DNA from: Chiloscyllium plagiosum | Lineage: Eukaryota | Assembly (NCBI RefSeq): GCF_004010195.1 | Contig: NC_057754.1 | Span: 9,175,215-9,239,214 of the forward strand | DNA length: 64,000 nt | Reading direction: 5' to 3' | Part shown: in pieces, positions 1 through 12,189 of the stretch | How the letters are laid out: each line of letters opens with the position of its first letter | How positions within the stretch are numbered: position 1 is the stretch's first letter | Notes under the pieces: model-generated | The model's input: only the letters and a program-made list of their open reading frames with translations | The model's database searches: none | Told to the model about the DNA's origin: nothing | Position numbers and translations under genes: made by a program

Positions 1-181
1 CCTGCAATCTTCTTCCTGACCTCTCTGCCCCCACCCCCACTCCGGCCTATCACCCTCACCTTAACCTCCTCCCACCTATCACATTTCTAATGCCCCTCCC
101 CCAAGTCCCTCCTCCCTACCTTTTATCTTAGCCTGCTGAACACACTTTCCTCATTCCTGATGAAGGGCTTATGCCCGAAAC
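1..181 (+). mobile_element. Penelope-like element 3' region/pLTR (family A) with minimal hammerhead ribozyme core, truncated
   Basis: Pyrimidine-rich tract followed by CTGATGA-AGGGC-TTAT-GCCC-GAAAC at 157-181. The same family occurs at 5877 and 28290, where it is joined to GIY-YIG C-terminal coding sequence. Confidence 0.8.
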
Positions 182-199
182 ATTCCATTCTTGTACATA

Positions 200-515
200 C
201 TTCTTAACAATGTATCTTTTTCATGCTTCGCTTATATGTTTCAGTAATCTTAGTTTTTTGCTGAAACTGTTGTTTTAAACATTATGGTAAAAGGAATTAT
301 TTTCTTTAATAAATCTACATTAAAGTTAGTACTTAATTATCCATAATTATGCACTGAAAAGTAGATACACTCTTCCCTAAATACCTGCAGAGTTAATAGT
401 TCTCTTGCTATACCCCTTTTCTGTATGCTTTTTCTATATCTGCAAAAACAACACTTTTCCCATTTCTAACAGTATTAAGCAAAGACATACAGATTAGAGG
501 GTGACAAAAAACTTG
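200..515 (-). mobile_element. Very decayed non-LTR RT remnant (possibly I/Nimb group)
   Basis: Minus strand reads SVVFADIEKAY then GI*GRVY...STNFNVD...PFTIMF, resembling the RT motifs xFxDxEKAYD and GIxG. Confidence 0.35.
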
Positions 516-1106
516 ACTAGAAGCTTGGCACTTCTGGCTGAAGATTGCTGCAAATGCTACAACCTTGTCTTTTGCACTGATGAACTGATCTCTTTGGTCT
601 TTGAGGTTCGGGATATTTGTGGAGCTCCTCCTGCAGCGAATCGTTAATTGTCCACCAACATTCATGACTGAATATGGCAGGAGTGCACAGCTTATATCTG
701 ATCTCTTGATTGCTAGGTTGCTTAGCTGTATCACTTCCTGTCGATCTTGTTTAGTACCTTCACGAGGTTGACACGTAACTGTTAAGTATGCCTGGTGTTG
801 CTTGCAGATTGATCCCCTGGCTTGATGGTAATGATTGAATGTGGGATCTGCCAGATCATTAGGTTGCAGATTGTGCTGGAGTACAATTCTGCTACAGTTG
901 ATGGCCGACAACGCCTCATGGATGCCCAGTCTTGAGTTGCTAGGTCTGTTTAAAACGGCCTCATTTAGCACGGTGATACTGCCACGCAACACGTTGGAGG
1001 CTATTCTCAATTTGAAGGTGGGATTTCATCTCCACAAGGACTGTACTGTGGTCACTCTCACCGATGCTGACATGAACACATGCATCAGCAGCAGGCAGAT
1101 GGTAAG

Positions 1107-2126
1107 TGATAGATCTCATTTATATCAATGAGTGTCCGAATCGCGAAATGCATTCAAAAGGTGATTTGCTTGGTTACAGCTCAGTTACAGCATTCAGCAA
1201 AAAGAAAGCATAAAGGCACAAACATAAAGAAGCAGAACCCACAGGTTTCAGAATGTCTGTATATATTTTAACTTTAGAACACCCCCCCCCACTTCAATAT
1301 TGGTCAGCAGGGCCGAGTTATTGGTCTGTGATTGGCTCTCTCAGCATTTTCACCGCGATGGGGCCCAATCATGGTCACAATGATGGTTTTGAAACTTCTC
1401 ACAATGATTACTGTCCAAGTAATATTTGCCAGAATTACTAATTAATTAGAAATTTCTCATTTCAGAGTAAACGAAAGAATATTGACTTTTGATCAGATCC
1501 AAAATTAAGTGGTTTAGCACATTCCAATTAAAATTCCAATAACTTAAGTGAGCTTTCCTGCTGCATTTGCTGAACTAATTGTTAACTATTTGGGGTCAGG
1601 TTTGAATCCTTTTATGAACTAATTTGGTTTGATAATTATTGATTAAACAACTCATTAGTATGAGGTCTAATGTTGTTATCTTAAGTGTAAGCTGCAAATG
1701 TTATTTGTTTTATCTATGGTTTACAGAGTTGCAAATGTTATTCTTTAAATGTTCTATGGCTTCTATTGTTCAAGTTTTGTATCTTATGTGTTAGCTGCAA
1801 ATGTTAAATTGTTTTATCGATGGCTTACAGAGTTGAAGTCAAAACGTGTGGTGCTGGAAAAGCATAGCCGGTCAGGCAGCATCCAAGGAGTAAGAGAGTC
1901 AATGTTTCGAGCATAAGGTCTTCATCAGGAGCTTATGCTCGAAATGTCAACTCTCCTGCTCCTCAGATGCTGCCTGACTGGCTGTGCTTTTCCAGCACCA
2001 CACCTTTTGACTCTGATCTCCAGCATCTGCAGTCCCCACAGAGTTTCTCCTTACAAAGTTGAATCAAATGTCAAATATTGTCAGTTGCAACCTCAAAAAA
2101 TGTTGTTGGCCATCTTGTACTACTCA
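1107..2126. mobile_element. LTR-like insertion with internal short tandem repeats, itself carrying a Penelope hairpin
   Basis: Interrupts the LINE and runs TG...CA (tgatag ... gccatcttgtactactca). Repeated gctgcaaatgtta units lie at 1690-1835. No clean TSD. Confidence 0.4.
1837..2040. mobile_element. Penelope family A inverted pLTR pair (hairpin)
   Basis: 1837-1917 is the near reverse complement of 1932-2012. It includes hammerhead sequence (tttcgagcataaggtcttcatcagg). Confidence 0.8.
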
Positions 2127-4479
2127 GTTATAGCTAAGGTGGGGTTGTGGGTTCCTTCATCAATTGCCGCAGACCCAGTCAAGCAGCTATGTCCTTTAGG
2201 ACCTGACCAGCTTAATTAGTAGTGCTGCTGCTGATTCACTCTTTATGATGGACATTGAAATTCTCCATCCAGAGAACATTTTATGGCCTTTGCATCCTTA
2301 CTGCTTCCTCCAAGTATTATTCAACATGCAAGAACACAGATTCATCAGCTGAGGGAGGATGGTATGTGGTAACTAACAAGAAGTTTCCTTGATGATGTTT
2401 AACCTGAAGCCATGAGATTTCATGAGGTCCAGAGTCAATGTTGATTCCCAAGAAAACTCTCACCCAGTTGTACACCAGTGCGTTGTCATCTCTGCTGGTG
2501 GGACAGGGCATATCCAGGGATGATGGTGCTGTCTGCGACATTGTCTGTATGGTATGATTCCATGAGGATAACTATGTAAGGCTGTTGCTGGACTAATCTG
2601 TGAGACAGCTCTCCCAGCTTCTAGATGTTAGTAAAGAAGACCTCGCAGGGTCAAAAAGGCATGTTTTCTGTCGTTGTCTGGGTTGAAGCCGGTGGTCCAT
2701 CCAGTTTTATTTCTTTGTTGAGATTTGCTTTCAATAAATGTCTGTCAGATGGGCTAGGGCTGTTTAGGGAGGAGGGTAATACTGTCATCATTCAGAACAC
2801 AGTCTACAAAGGAGAAATTGATCTCTAAAACAATCTTGTCGTATGAACAGGCTATTCTGAATTAACTACAAAGTGATTACATTCAACATGCTTTTCCATT
2901 AATAGTTACATTAAAATCTGGAATTCAAATGGGGGTATGAATTGATGTTAAGTGAGAGGATCTGGATCAATGTATTACTTTAGGAAACTTTCAAATTAAA
3001 CCAACAGGAGTTCAGAACTGATTCAGGTGATAGCAGTGAAACCATTCTTGGTAACACCAATGGAAAGTTTGAAAGAATAATCCATGAACGTGTTAGAGGA
3101 TGATTTACATACACTAAGAATGTATGAAGTATCTAAGAATAACAGTGAGTGGAAAGGCAGGGATCTGGGAAGTAGGAAGCACTTCATGTTGTTCAGGAAG
3201 AACTGAGGACTGATTTTAGGCTTTACACACACAGCCTCTGATTTCAACCTGGATGAAGAATCTTTGAATTGTACTATTTCAATCAATCACTGAGATTCTT
3301 GGAAGACCCATATTGTTTCTTGTGAAGAACTGTTTGAGTCACAGAAAGAGCATATGAACTTACAGACTTACAACGAGTGATGCAAACAGATCCTCCTCTT
3401 TCTCATAAAAACTTGCAGTTTTGACCATCCAATCCCATCCCTATTGCAATCTGGGTGATCAACCCAAGTTGGAGATAATGTAAAACACAGGACACCATTC
3501 CCCAATAATTATAGCCTCTTGATTCCTCTTAGCGCTAATTTCTCTCCTAGAGATGGTCTGCTTGTAGAAGAGAATTCTAAGACAGGTTGCTAGAAGAATG
3601 GACATGTTTACACTTAAAGAGGACTAAGAATTGCAAAGGAATAATCTTCTTGAGGTTTGTGGTGTGGAATGTGGACAGGAGGAGGCCAGGCAGAGAAAAC
3701 CCAAATAATTTGAATAATTTATTATAAAAATGTTCACACCCATGATGATACGGATCTGCAATAGAAGCAGACTCTCATATTGATGATAAGATTGGACCCT
3801 ATGTAAATACATTGCTAGATGAATGAACCAGAAAGACAGATAACGTAGGACATTACTTATGCTTTATTTCACCATCTGCTGTTATCAGGGAGACAGCTTT
3901 GGCGAGACTTAAATCAAGTGCTCAGCTGATGCACATCATGTAGATTTCCACTGCCACAACCAGTTTGGAGTTGTTAACGTGTTTGATCCAGTATTTATTT
4001 TGCACAGTATCTCCCTAACTTTTAGATGATGCAGTGCTCCAGCTGTTATGTTTTGCAGCAAGTTGGCTTTGCTTTTTGCTTCAAAGACAGATATCAGCCC
4101 TGACGAGCAGGCTTTTGTTGTGTGTTCTGACTTTACCAAATGTTGCTGCAGCTGTGTCATAAATGATTGAACTCAGCAACTCCCAAACTTCAGCAATATC
4201 AATGTTGATTAATAAAGCTTTTATTTATGTGCCTGTAAGATATATCACAATACTGTTCCTTGGTCATTTAATTCTATAATTCAGGTGTCACTGTTTACAA
4301 TGTGCAAGTCAGTAAGAATTGTCAGCTAGGACTAATCATTACTTTCTAATTGGAGATGTAAATCAGTGAAACCTTTCAGACACTGAATCGTAGATTTTGC
4401 AACAAGATCAATTTAGGATTGAAGTAACTGTTTATAATCTCATTATAAACTAGCCTCCTGTTGAGAATTTTTCTATTTT

Positions 4480-5030
4480 TTTTAAAAATCCTGGTCTCGG
4501 TAATGGTGACCATAGACTGTTGTTTACAAAACCCACGAGTGGCACAGTGATTAGCACTGCCACCTCACAGCATCAGAGACCCGGGTTCGATTCCAACCTC
4601 GGGCGACTGTCTGTACGGAGTTTGCACATTCTCCCCGTGTCTGTGTGGGTTTCCTCCCACAATCCAAAGATGTGTATGTTATATAAATTGACCAAGCTAA
4701 ATTGCCCATAGTGTTGAGGGATATGTAGATTAGGTGCATTAGTCAGAGGTAAATGTAGAGTAATAGGGTAGGGGAATGGGTGGGTTACTCTTCGGAGAGT
4801 CAATGTGGACTTGTTGGGCCAAATGGCCTGTTTCCACATTATAGGGATTCTATGGTTCACCACCCTCCTTTAAGGAGGGAAATCTTCCCCAATTTGTCCT
4901 ACGTATGAATTAAAACCGATAATGTGGTAGACTCTTAACTGCCCTCTGAAATGGCCTAGCAAACCACTCAAAGGAAAATCAGGAATCAACAACAAATGCT
5001 GGGCTTGTGAGTAACAGCCACATCCCATTT
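4480..5030 (+). mobile_element. Deu-domain SINE (SacSINE1/AmnSINE-type) split by an HE1 insertion
   Basis: aatgtggtagactcttaactgccctctgaaatggcctagcaaaccactca...aaatgctggg...ccacatccca matches the Deu domain and tail. Confidence 0.75.
4537..4854 (+). mobile_element. HE1-type V-SINE
   Basis: tRNA-like head (gtggcacagtgattagcactg...ggttcgattcc), V-domain gagtttgcacattctccccgtgtctg, and LINE-derived tail. Confidence 0.9.
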
Positions 5031-5429
5031 TTAAAGAGACATCCAAATGAAGCAAGTAATGTACTGCCTAGAAATGTGGTGGAGACAGGTCCAACTGAGG
5101 CATTCATGAGGACACTGAATGATTATTTGAATAGAAATGGTGTGCAGAGGTAGGCAGAAAAGGCAGGAGATTGGCACTCAGGGATATAGCCAGTGCAGGC
5201 ATGAAGGGCAGATCAGCCTCCTTCTGCGCTGTAACAATCCTATGATTCTGTGATGAAAGAAGAAAAAGTTCAGGGAAAAGATCACAGAGGGTTCTTTTGA
5301 AAAGGGACACCACAGCCTTGAAAACCTGTGACATATCCAGAATATTAAACTCAAGCCAGTTATAGAGTTTTGTCAACTTGAGCAGAAATAAAACAGTTTT
5401 TGAAAAATTTGTCCAGGGTATGGAGAAGC

Positions 5430-6490
5430 TATTCACTAGGCCCAGCATTTATGTCCATCCCAAATTGCCCTGGAGAAGGTGACTTCTTCAGCTGCTGCAG
5501 TCCTTCTTCAGCAACAGCCACATTCCTGTTCGGGAGGGAGTTCCAGGATTTTGACCCAGTGGCAATGAATGCTGATATGTTTTCACAGTTAAGCTGATGT
5601 TCGGCTCAGAGGGAATTTGCAGTTGGCCATGCTCATGACATGTGATGTCCGTGTCCTTTTACGTTGCTAGTGGATGTGGTGCCAATCAAGCAGGCTGTTT
5701 CATCCCATATGGTATAAAGCTGCTTAAGTCTCAGGTATTGTAATGGCACTAACCCAGTCAAGTGAACAGCATTCCCAACACAATCCTGACTTGCGCCTTG
5801 TAGATGGTGGACAGGGTTTGGGGAGACAGGAGGTGAGTTAATCACTTCAGGATTCCTAGCCTCTGATCTGCTGTGTGAGAAAGTGAGGGCTGCAGATGCT
5901 GGAGATCAGAGCTGAAAATGTGTTGCTGGAAAAGCGCAGCAGGTCAGGCAGCATCCAAGGAACAGGAGAATCGACGTTTCGGGCATAAGCCCTTCTTCAG
6001 CTCTGATCTGTGTAGCAGGCAGTATTTATATGGCTTGTCCAGCTCAGTTTCTGGTCAATGGCATGCACCAGGATTTTGATAGTGAGGGATTCAGGGATTG
6101 TAATGCAATTGATTGGCAAGAGGAGGCAGTTGGATTCTCTGATTTTGGAGATGGCCATTGCCTGCCACTTATTAGCCCAAGCCTAGATACTGCCATAACT
6201 TGTTTCATAAGGACCTAGACCGCTTCAGTTTATGAGGATTTGTAAACAGTGCTGAATATTGTGCAATCATCAACGAACAACTCCACTCCTTTCCTTATGA
6301 TGGGGGAGTGGGCATTGATGAAGTACAGAAGATGTTTAGGCATATGACCCTGCAGTGATGTCATGGGAATGAGATAATTGACCCCTGACAACCACAACCA
6401 CCTTCTTTTGTGTTCAGCATAATTCCACCGGTGGACAGAAATCCACCTGTTCCTTCCAGATTTGTTCAGGCTCCTTGATGTAAATGACAT
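5430..6490 (-). mobile_element. Non-LTR retrotransposon RT/3' fragment inserted in the ZNF 3' UTR
   Basis: Minus strand FINAHSPIIRKGVELFVDDCTIF resembles FINDL...FADDC. The 3' tail resembles the Deu-SINE tail. Confidence 0.7.
5877..6000 (-). mobile_element. Penelope family A pLTR with intact minimal hammerhead
   Basis: Minus strand CTGAAGA-AGGGC-TTAT-GCCC-GAAACGTC at 5965-6000, flanked by repeated ctctgatctg (5861, 6001). Confidence 0.85.
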
Positions 6491-6554
6491 TGTCAGGCGG
6501 GCAATCTCTGACGTAACTGACAGCAGCAGTTACAGTGGAATCAAACCACTGCAG

Positions 6555-7229
6555 TCATGTATGAACTCTCTGATGTGTCAGTAGATGGGATGACCGAGTG
6601 AATCTCTTCCCACACACGGAACAGCTGAATGGTCTCTCCCCAGTGTGAACTCTCTGGTGCGCTTTGAGGTCAGATGACTGCCGAAAACTCTTACCACACG
6701 AAGTGCAGCTGAATGGCCTCTCCTCAGTGTGAACTCGCTGGTGTCTCAGGAGGGTGGATGACTGAGTGAATCCCTTCCCACACATGGAGCAAGTGAATGG
6801 CCTCTCCCCGGTGTGAACCCATTGATGTGCGCTGAGCTCAGAAAACTGCCTGAATCTTTTTCCACAGTGAGTGCAACCAAACGGCCTCTCCTCGTTGTGA
6901 ATTCGCTGGTGTGTACAAAGGCCAGAGGACTGGGCGAATCCTTTCCCGCAAACAGAGCAGGTGAATGGTCTCTCCCCAGAGTGAAGCTGCTGGTGTCTCA
7001 GCAGGGTGGAGGCACTCCTGAACATCATTCCACAATGAGTGCAGTGGAACGGCCTCTCCTCAGTGTGTGTTCGCTGGTGTAACACAAGTTTGGTTGTATC
7101 AGTGAATCCCCTCCCACACACATAGCAGGTGAATGGCTTCTCCCCAGTGTGACTGCGTCGATGAATTTCTAGCCGGGATGGATAATTGAATCCTTTACCA
7201 CAGTCCTCACATTTCCATGGTTTCTCCAT
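6555..7229 (-). CDS. Tandem C2H2 zinc-finger protein, 8 fingers, no effector domain seen
   Basis: 224 aa = 8 x 28-aa CxxC-x12-HxxxH repeats with TGERPF-type linkers; begins MEKPWKC. Putative splice acceptor at about 7624. Confidence 0.92.
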   Translation of the reverse strand: MEKPWKCEDCGKGFNYPSRLEIHRRSHTGEKPFTCYVCGRGFTDTTKLVLHQRTHTEERPFHCTHCGMMFRSASTLLRHQQLHSGERPFTCSVCGKGFAQSSGLCTHQRIHNEERPFGCTHCGKRFRQFSELSAHQWVHTGERPFTCSMCGKGFTQSSTLLRHQRVHTEERPFSCTSCGKSFRQSSDLKAHQRVHTGERPFSCSVCGKRFTRSSHLLTHQRVHT

Positions 7230-7684
7230 AGCGCATGTGTCTGTTTATTTCCTTATCTACACATAGGATACGTCAATGATCCCTCCCTGCTGTGAATGAT
7301 ATGGTACCTTTTAAAACTTTCTATAACTGGTTAAACCTTTTTGTACAATCAGTCCACTGCAACACTTGCACTCAGGTTATGTGGCTTGTTCAAGCTCTTT
7401 CCACTGGGACACTTCCACTCAGATGTTTGTGTGTATAAGTGTCTTGGTATTTTTCCAGTCACACTGATATCTGAAATCTTTTGCCACAGTCACAAAAAAA
7501 TATTTCTCTGTCTACAGTCAAATGTCGATGATATTCAGGACTGGGTGACTCAAGTGAATGTGTTCGACCTCAGCATGGTGTTTGATTCCTTATACCTATC
7601 TGTAAATCCTTCCTTTCAATGTTCTGTAATAAGATTACAAGAATTATCACCTATCAGTATCAGGTACAGATTGAAAATAAACAG

Positions 7685-8050
7685 TTATAGCCTGTGCACA
7701 ACCTCTGCAGTTGAATCATATCTCTCCTATAATATGGATTCCAGAACTGCACACAGTGCTCTAGCTGTGGCTTAACCAACAGTTTATACAGTTTCAGCAC
7801 AACCTCCCTGTAATAAACTCTATGCCTTAGTTAAGAAAGGCAAGTATCCCACATGCCTTCTTAACCACTTTATCTACCTGCCCCACTCCTTGACAGGCCA
7901 GTGGATATGTGCACCAAGGTTCCTCTGATCCTTAGTGCACCTCAGTATCCTACCATTCATCATATATTCCCTTGCCTTGTTTCTTCTGCTCAAATGCATT
8001 ACCTCACACTTATCTGGAATGAATTCCATTTACCACTAGTCAGCTCATCT
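7685..8050 (-). mobile_element. CR1/HER1 LINE fragment in the putative ZNF intron
   Basis: ccagaactgcacacagtgctctag is the reverse of LEHCVQFW, a CR1 C-terminal motif. Confidence 0.7.
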
Positions 8051-8062
8051 GATTAGCATATC

Positions 8063-8330
8063 TGGAGTTTGCACATTCTCCCCGCTCTGCATGGGTTTCC
8101 TCCAGCTGCTCTGGTTTCCTCCCACAGTCCAAAGATGTGCAGGTTAGGTGGCTTGGCCATGCCAAATTGCCCTGTAGTGCCCAGGGATGTGCAGGCTAAG
8201 TGGATTAGCCATGGTAAATGCAGGTTTATGGGAACAGGGTGGAGGCCTTCTCTAGGTGGGATGCTCTTTTGAGGATCAGTGCACACCTGATGGGAATAAT
8301 GTCCTTTTTCCACACTATAGGGATTCTGTA
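8063..8330 (+). mobile_element. HE1-type SINE, 5' truncated (a second 3' fragment lies at about 8500-8688)
   Basis: V-domain gagtttgcacattctcccc...tcccacagtccaaagatgtgcaggttagg and tail. Confidence 0.85.
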
Positions 8331-8705
8331 AACCGAACCCAATCCTGTATAAATGAAGTGACTGCACAAGATTTTCAAGTTTCCCATTGGCAAATCATTT
8401 CCTTCTAATACCATGCAAACAACATCTACTATTGTCAGTATAGGATAAAAACTGGAATGATTTGTTCTATAGGGAACTGTTTTGCCCTTTCATCTGTATG
8501 AGGTTAGGTGGATTGGCCATACTGAATTGCCCCGTAATGTCCAGGGATGTGCAGACTAGGTGGATTAGCCATAGGAAATGCAGTGTTACAGGGATTGGGT
8601 GGAGGGGTGGTTCTGATGGGATGCTCTTCGGAGGGTAAGTGTGGATTCAAATGGATAGATTTCATGCTGTAGGGATTCTATTCTATGAATCCTCCTGTAA
8701 TCTAA

Positions 8706-9000
8706 ATTAAAAATCACACAACACCACATTATAGTCCAACAGGTTTATTTGAAAGTACAAGCTTTTGCAGCGCTGCTCCTTTGTCAGGTAGCTAGTGCAG
8801 CAGGGTCATAGGACACAGAATGTACAGTAAAAGATCAAAAGTATCATACAATTGATGCAATGTATTGAACAAATCTACTAGCTACCTGACGAAGGAGCAG
8901 TGTTCCAAAAGCTTGTACTTTCAAATAAACCTGTTGGGACTATAAACTGGTTTTGTGTGATTATTTTACTTTGTCCAACACCAGCATCTCCACATCATAG
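8706..9000 (+). mobile_element. Penelope family B inverted-pLTR insertion with hammerhead and 12-bp TSD
   Basis: Arms at about 8708-8795 and 8877-8967 are inverted. HHR-like tacCTGACGAaggagcagtgttcc(a)aaagcttgta. TSD cctgtaatctaa/cctataatctaa. Confidence 0.85.
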
Positions 9001-9384
9001 CCTATAATCTAACTATTTACTATCCCATCAATTTTCGTAACCCCCCCCCCGCCCCGCCCCGTGAATTTACTGATCAAACGTCCTACATTCAAGTCGAAAT
9101 CGTTTATATCATCTGAACATAATAAATACTTGACAGTGCTGGGGGAATGTGGAGCTAGGGCAGTGGGATTAGGTGATTTTGGTTTTACAGAAAACTGGTA
9201 CAAACAGCGGGCTGAATGAAGCACAGAACTTTTGAAGTGGGGAATTCAACCCGTTGTGTCTAAGCCAGCTCTCCAAATCAGCATTTCACATATTCTCCTG
9301 CCTGTCAACCTTCATTTTCTGATAACACCCTAATTCTATCGGTGTCAGCTCCTGATCTCACCCAGATCCACTTCATTGTCCTGC

Positions 9385-9900
9385 CCAGCGAGTGCTGACG
9401 GATGCGCATGCGCCCTAGCTCGCATTGCGCCGCCATGCAGATGGCACTGCGCATGTACCCTGCTGCTCCCTGCCCCTATAAAGATGGCGGGCATTAACGC
9501 AGCCCATTCACGAAAACACCACCAATGCTCGAAACTGCTGCTCGCTTAAGGAAAACCTGAATCGGTAGTTTCTTATTCGACTCCAGATTACACAGAATGT
9601 TAAATGCAGCTCACCCGGTAGATGTTTAAAACTCCGCGAATTTAGTTACGAACAATTCTCCATCCTGCATCAGCTTCACACATGCGCGTGCTCAGTTCAC
9701 GTTACCCATTTGGTTGGTGGAGGCTCCAGACCAATAGTAAAAGCCGGACGAGAGCGGCAGGCCTTACAGCCAATCATGGCAAATGAGGGGCGGGACCAAG
9801 GTCGGCCCTCCTTCAATCGATGAAACCTTCCCTTATTTGGAAACTTCATTTGTGTCAAACGCCAGGGAAAACCTCGACCTTTCTGATTGAACCTTTCTGG
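9385..9900 (-). promoter_or_regulatory. CpG-island promoter and putative non-coding exon 1 of ZNF 6555-7229
   Basis: CpG-rich. NRF1-like tgcgcatgcgc 9403, YY1-like aagatggcgg 9481, CCAAT 9731 and 9770, GC box 9787. Minus-strand GTGAG donors near 9357 and 9610. Confidence 0.7.
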
Positions 9901-10069
9901 GGCCGGAGCAAACGTTTCCACATTTGCTTCTGAAATAGGGGAATATGTTCAGACAAATTCGTAAATAATGGAGTACAACGTGGGGAAAGTGTGAGGTCAT
10001 GCACTTCAGACTTTTGAATTTTCTCCCCATTTAGAAAACAGTTCATGCCTCTATTCTTCCTACCAAAGA

Positions 10070-10735
10070 GACTTGGGAGTTCTAGTCCAGGTAATCATGG
10101 AGGTTGAGTCAGTAGTTAGGGAGGCAAATACAATGATGGTACTTATTTTGAGAGGACTTGAGTATAAAAGCAGAGATTTCCTTCTGAGGCTCTACGTTGC
10201 TCTGGTCAGACCACCTTTGGAGTATTGTGCACAGTTTTCACCTCCATATCTCAGGAAAGATGTATTGGCCCTGGAGTGTGTTTAGAGGAGTTTCACGAGA
10301 ATGGTCTCAGGAATGAAAAGAGTAACATATGAGGAATGTTTGAGGACTCTGGTTAATCCTCTATGGAGTTTAGAAGGATGAGGGAGGGTTCTAATTGAAA
10401 CATACAGAATACCGAATGCCCTGGACAGAGTGGATGTTGAGAAGATGTTTCCATTGGTCGGAGAGACAAGGATCCGAGGGCATTACCTTAGAGTAAAGGG
10501 AAGACCTTTTGAATGGAGATAAGGAGAAACGTCTTCAACCAGAGTGGTGAATCAACGGAATTGATTGCCACAGAAGATTGTGGAGGCCAGGTCATTGAGT
10601 ATATTTAAGGCTGACAGATAGTTTCTTGAGTATGAAGGGTTACAGGGTGAATGCAAGAGAAACATGTCAGCCATGATTGAAGGGCAGAGCAGACTCAGTG
10701 TACTGAATGGCCTAATGCTGCTCCTTTGTCTTATA
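10070..10735 (+). mobile_element. CR1/HER1 LINE 3' fragment
   Basis: LRLYVALVRPPLEYCAQFSPPYLRKDVLALE, followed by a typical CR1 3' end. Confidence 0.85.
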
Positions 10736-10949
10736 AGTCAAGGTCTGATTTAACAGTAGAAGTGGGCAAAAAAGGAATGTCAATATTAGACAAGGCAAGT
10801 CCCAGGTTTCAATAAATGAATTGGCAGCAGGGCTAGGACTGGTTATGGAGAAGATTAATACTGGCACCATTCAGGACATCAGAGAAGCTCTGAGGAAAGT
10901 CAAAATTCTGCAAGAACTGTACAGAACTGATTTAGAGATAGTGGAATGG

Positions 10950-11245
10950 AAAAACACAGTAGGTCAGACAGTATCGGAAAAGCAGGAAAGTCCACATTTG
11001 GGATCAGGACTCTTCATCAGCACTAGGGAGGGGCAAGAGAGCTCAGAAATAATGGGGGGAGGAGGTGGGGCTGAGGAAAGGTAGGTGGGATGGTGATAGG
11101 TGAACGCAGATAGGGGATTATTGTGATTCGTCAATGGGAAGGGTGGAGCAGATAGGCGAGAAGGAAGATGGACAGCTATGTCAGGTGAAGGAGGTGGGGA
11201 GGAGAAGGAGGTGGGGAAGAGAGGGAGGGCTGGACACAGGGTGGG
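10950..11245 (-). mobile_element. Penelope family A-like pLTR, decayed hammerhead
   Basis: Minus strand ctgatgaagagtcctgatcccaaatgtgg plus a purine-rich tract like that at 28380-28560. Confidence 0.7.
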
Positions 11246-11379
11246 GTGATTTTGAACTGATTTCGAACCTTTGTATGCTGTTAAAGATTTTTTTAAAAAC
11301 AAATCAAGTACATTTTGAAATAAAAAAACAAAGACTATAAAGAAACAACTGATCTCAAAGATAAACTGTTGCAGCATGT

Positions 11380-11890
11380 GTTTGGGGGAATGTACTAAAT
11401 CAGGTTCAAAAAGATTAAAGAATATATGTTTTCTCTATTGGACAACCAGATTGAAATGTAGAACTTGGATGATGATATAGATTGGTGTTAGAAAGGAATA
11501 CCAGTGTGTTATTCCAGGAAGCCTTAAAATTGGAATGACAGTTTTTCTGAATTGATTCTTGTGATGGTAGCAATTCCATGCTGTTATTCAGACTGATGGA
11601 AATATTTAAGATGAAGACGTTTGGCATGTTGAAGGATGATGTACAAAAGTAATCTATGAATTATCTGAGGACAGTAATAAGGGGAAAGGAAGGGGTCTGG
11701 AAAACAGCAGATATTTCATATTATTCCAGGAGAAATGGGGTCTGGTGCAGATGTCAGTTTTTACACAGCACACTGTCAACCTGTGGCTTCACCCTGGATG
11801 AACAATTTCCTAAATGTTTCGTACAAATCGCTCTATGGAATTTTCAGAGAACAAACATAATGTGGTCAGAGAGAGGAAAGTTTGTGTTAT
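11380..11890 (+). mobile_element. Old non-LTR ORF2 linker remnant (possibly I/Nimb group)
   Basis: Broken frames IPVCYSRKP*NWNDSFSELI and YLRTVIRGKEGVWKT resemble the IP...PWWN..C and R.IR..K...W linker motifs. Confidence 0.3.
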
Positions 11891-12189
11891 AGCAAATAAG
11901 CACACACACAACACACAGATATACTCCTGCACAAACAGAGACTGACAAACATACTGGCATCACAACTGCACCCTGCCTCCCACAACAGCGGACACATACA
12001 CACTATTATGTACACACCTACAAAGCAAAAGCTTTTGTCCCATTGAGTGTACAAGAGCAATCAACCCAACTAACACTGGGGTAAAGTGTCAGCGTCAGTA
12101 TGAACAGCAATGTTAGAGAAATTCAAGTAAACATTACAATTGATTCCTTTGTACAATGAAATATATTTACCTCAATTCTGTGTAAATTC

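Larger units (their letters stand above)
520..2710 (-). mobile_element. Non-LTR retrotransposon ORF2 fragment (APE endonuclease and linker, CR1/L2 supergroup), interrupted at about 1107-2130
   Basis: Minus strand peptides ISAKDKVVAFAAIFSQKCQ (520-620) and GNFLLVTTYHPPSADESVFLHVE (2317-2400; YxPP endonuclease motif). Confidence 0.7.

Noticed and set aside
408-1010. 200-aa ORF as a gene
   Set aside because: Chance read-through across decayed LINE fragments.
4537-4610. tRNA genes (A/B-box-like sequences here and at other HE1 heads)
   Set aside because: They continue into the V-domain and LINE tail, so they are SINE heads with no complete cloverleaf.
6813-7082. Antisense and alternative-frame ORFs over ZNF genes (also 18464, 30348-30959, 49057)
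   Set aside because: Shadow ORFs caused by repetitive finger codons.
7624-9400. KRAB/SCAN/BTB exon in ZNF introns
   Set aside because: No such motif was recognisable here or upstream of the other genes. This was a by-eye search only, so a small exon cannot be excluded.
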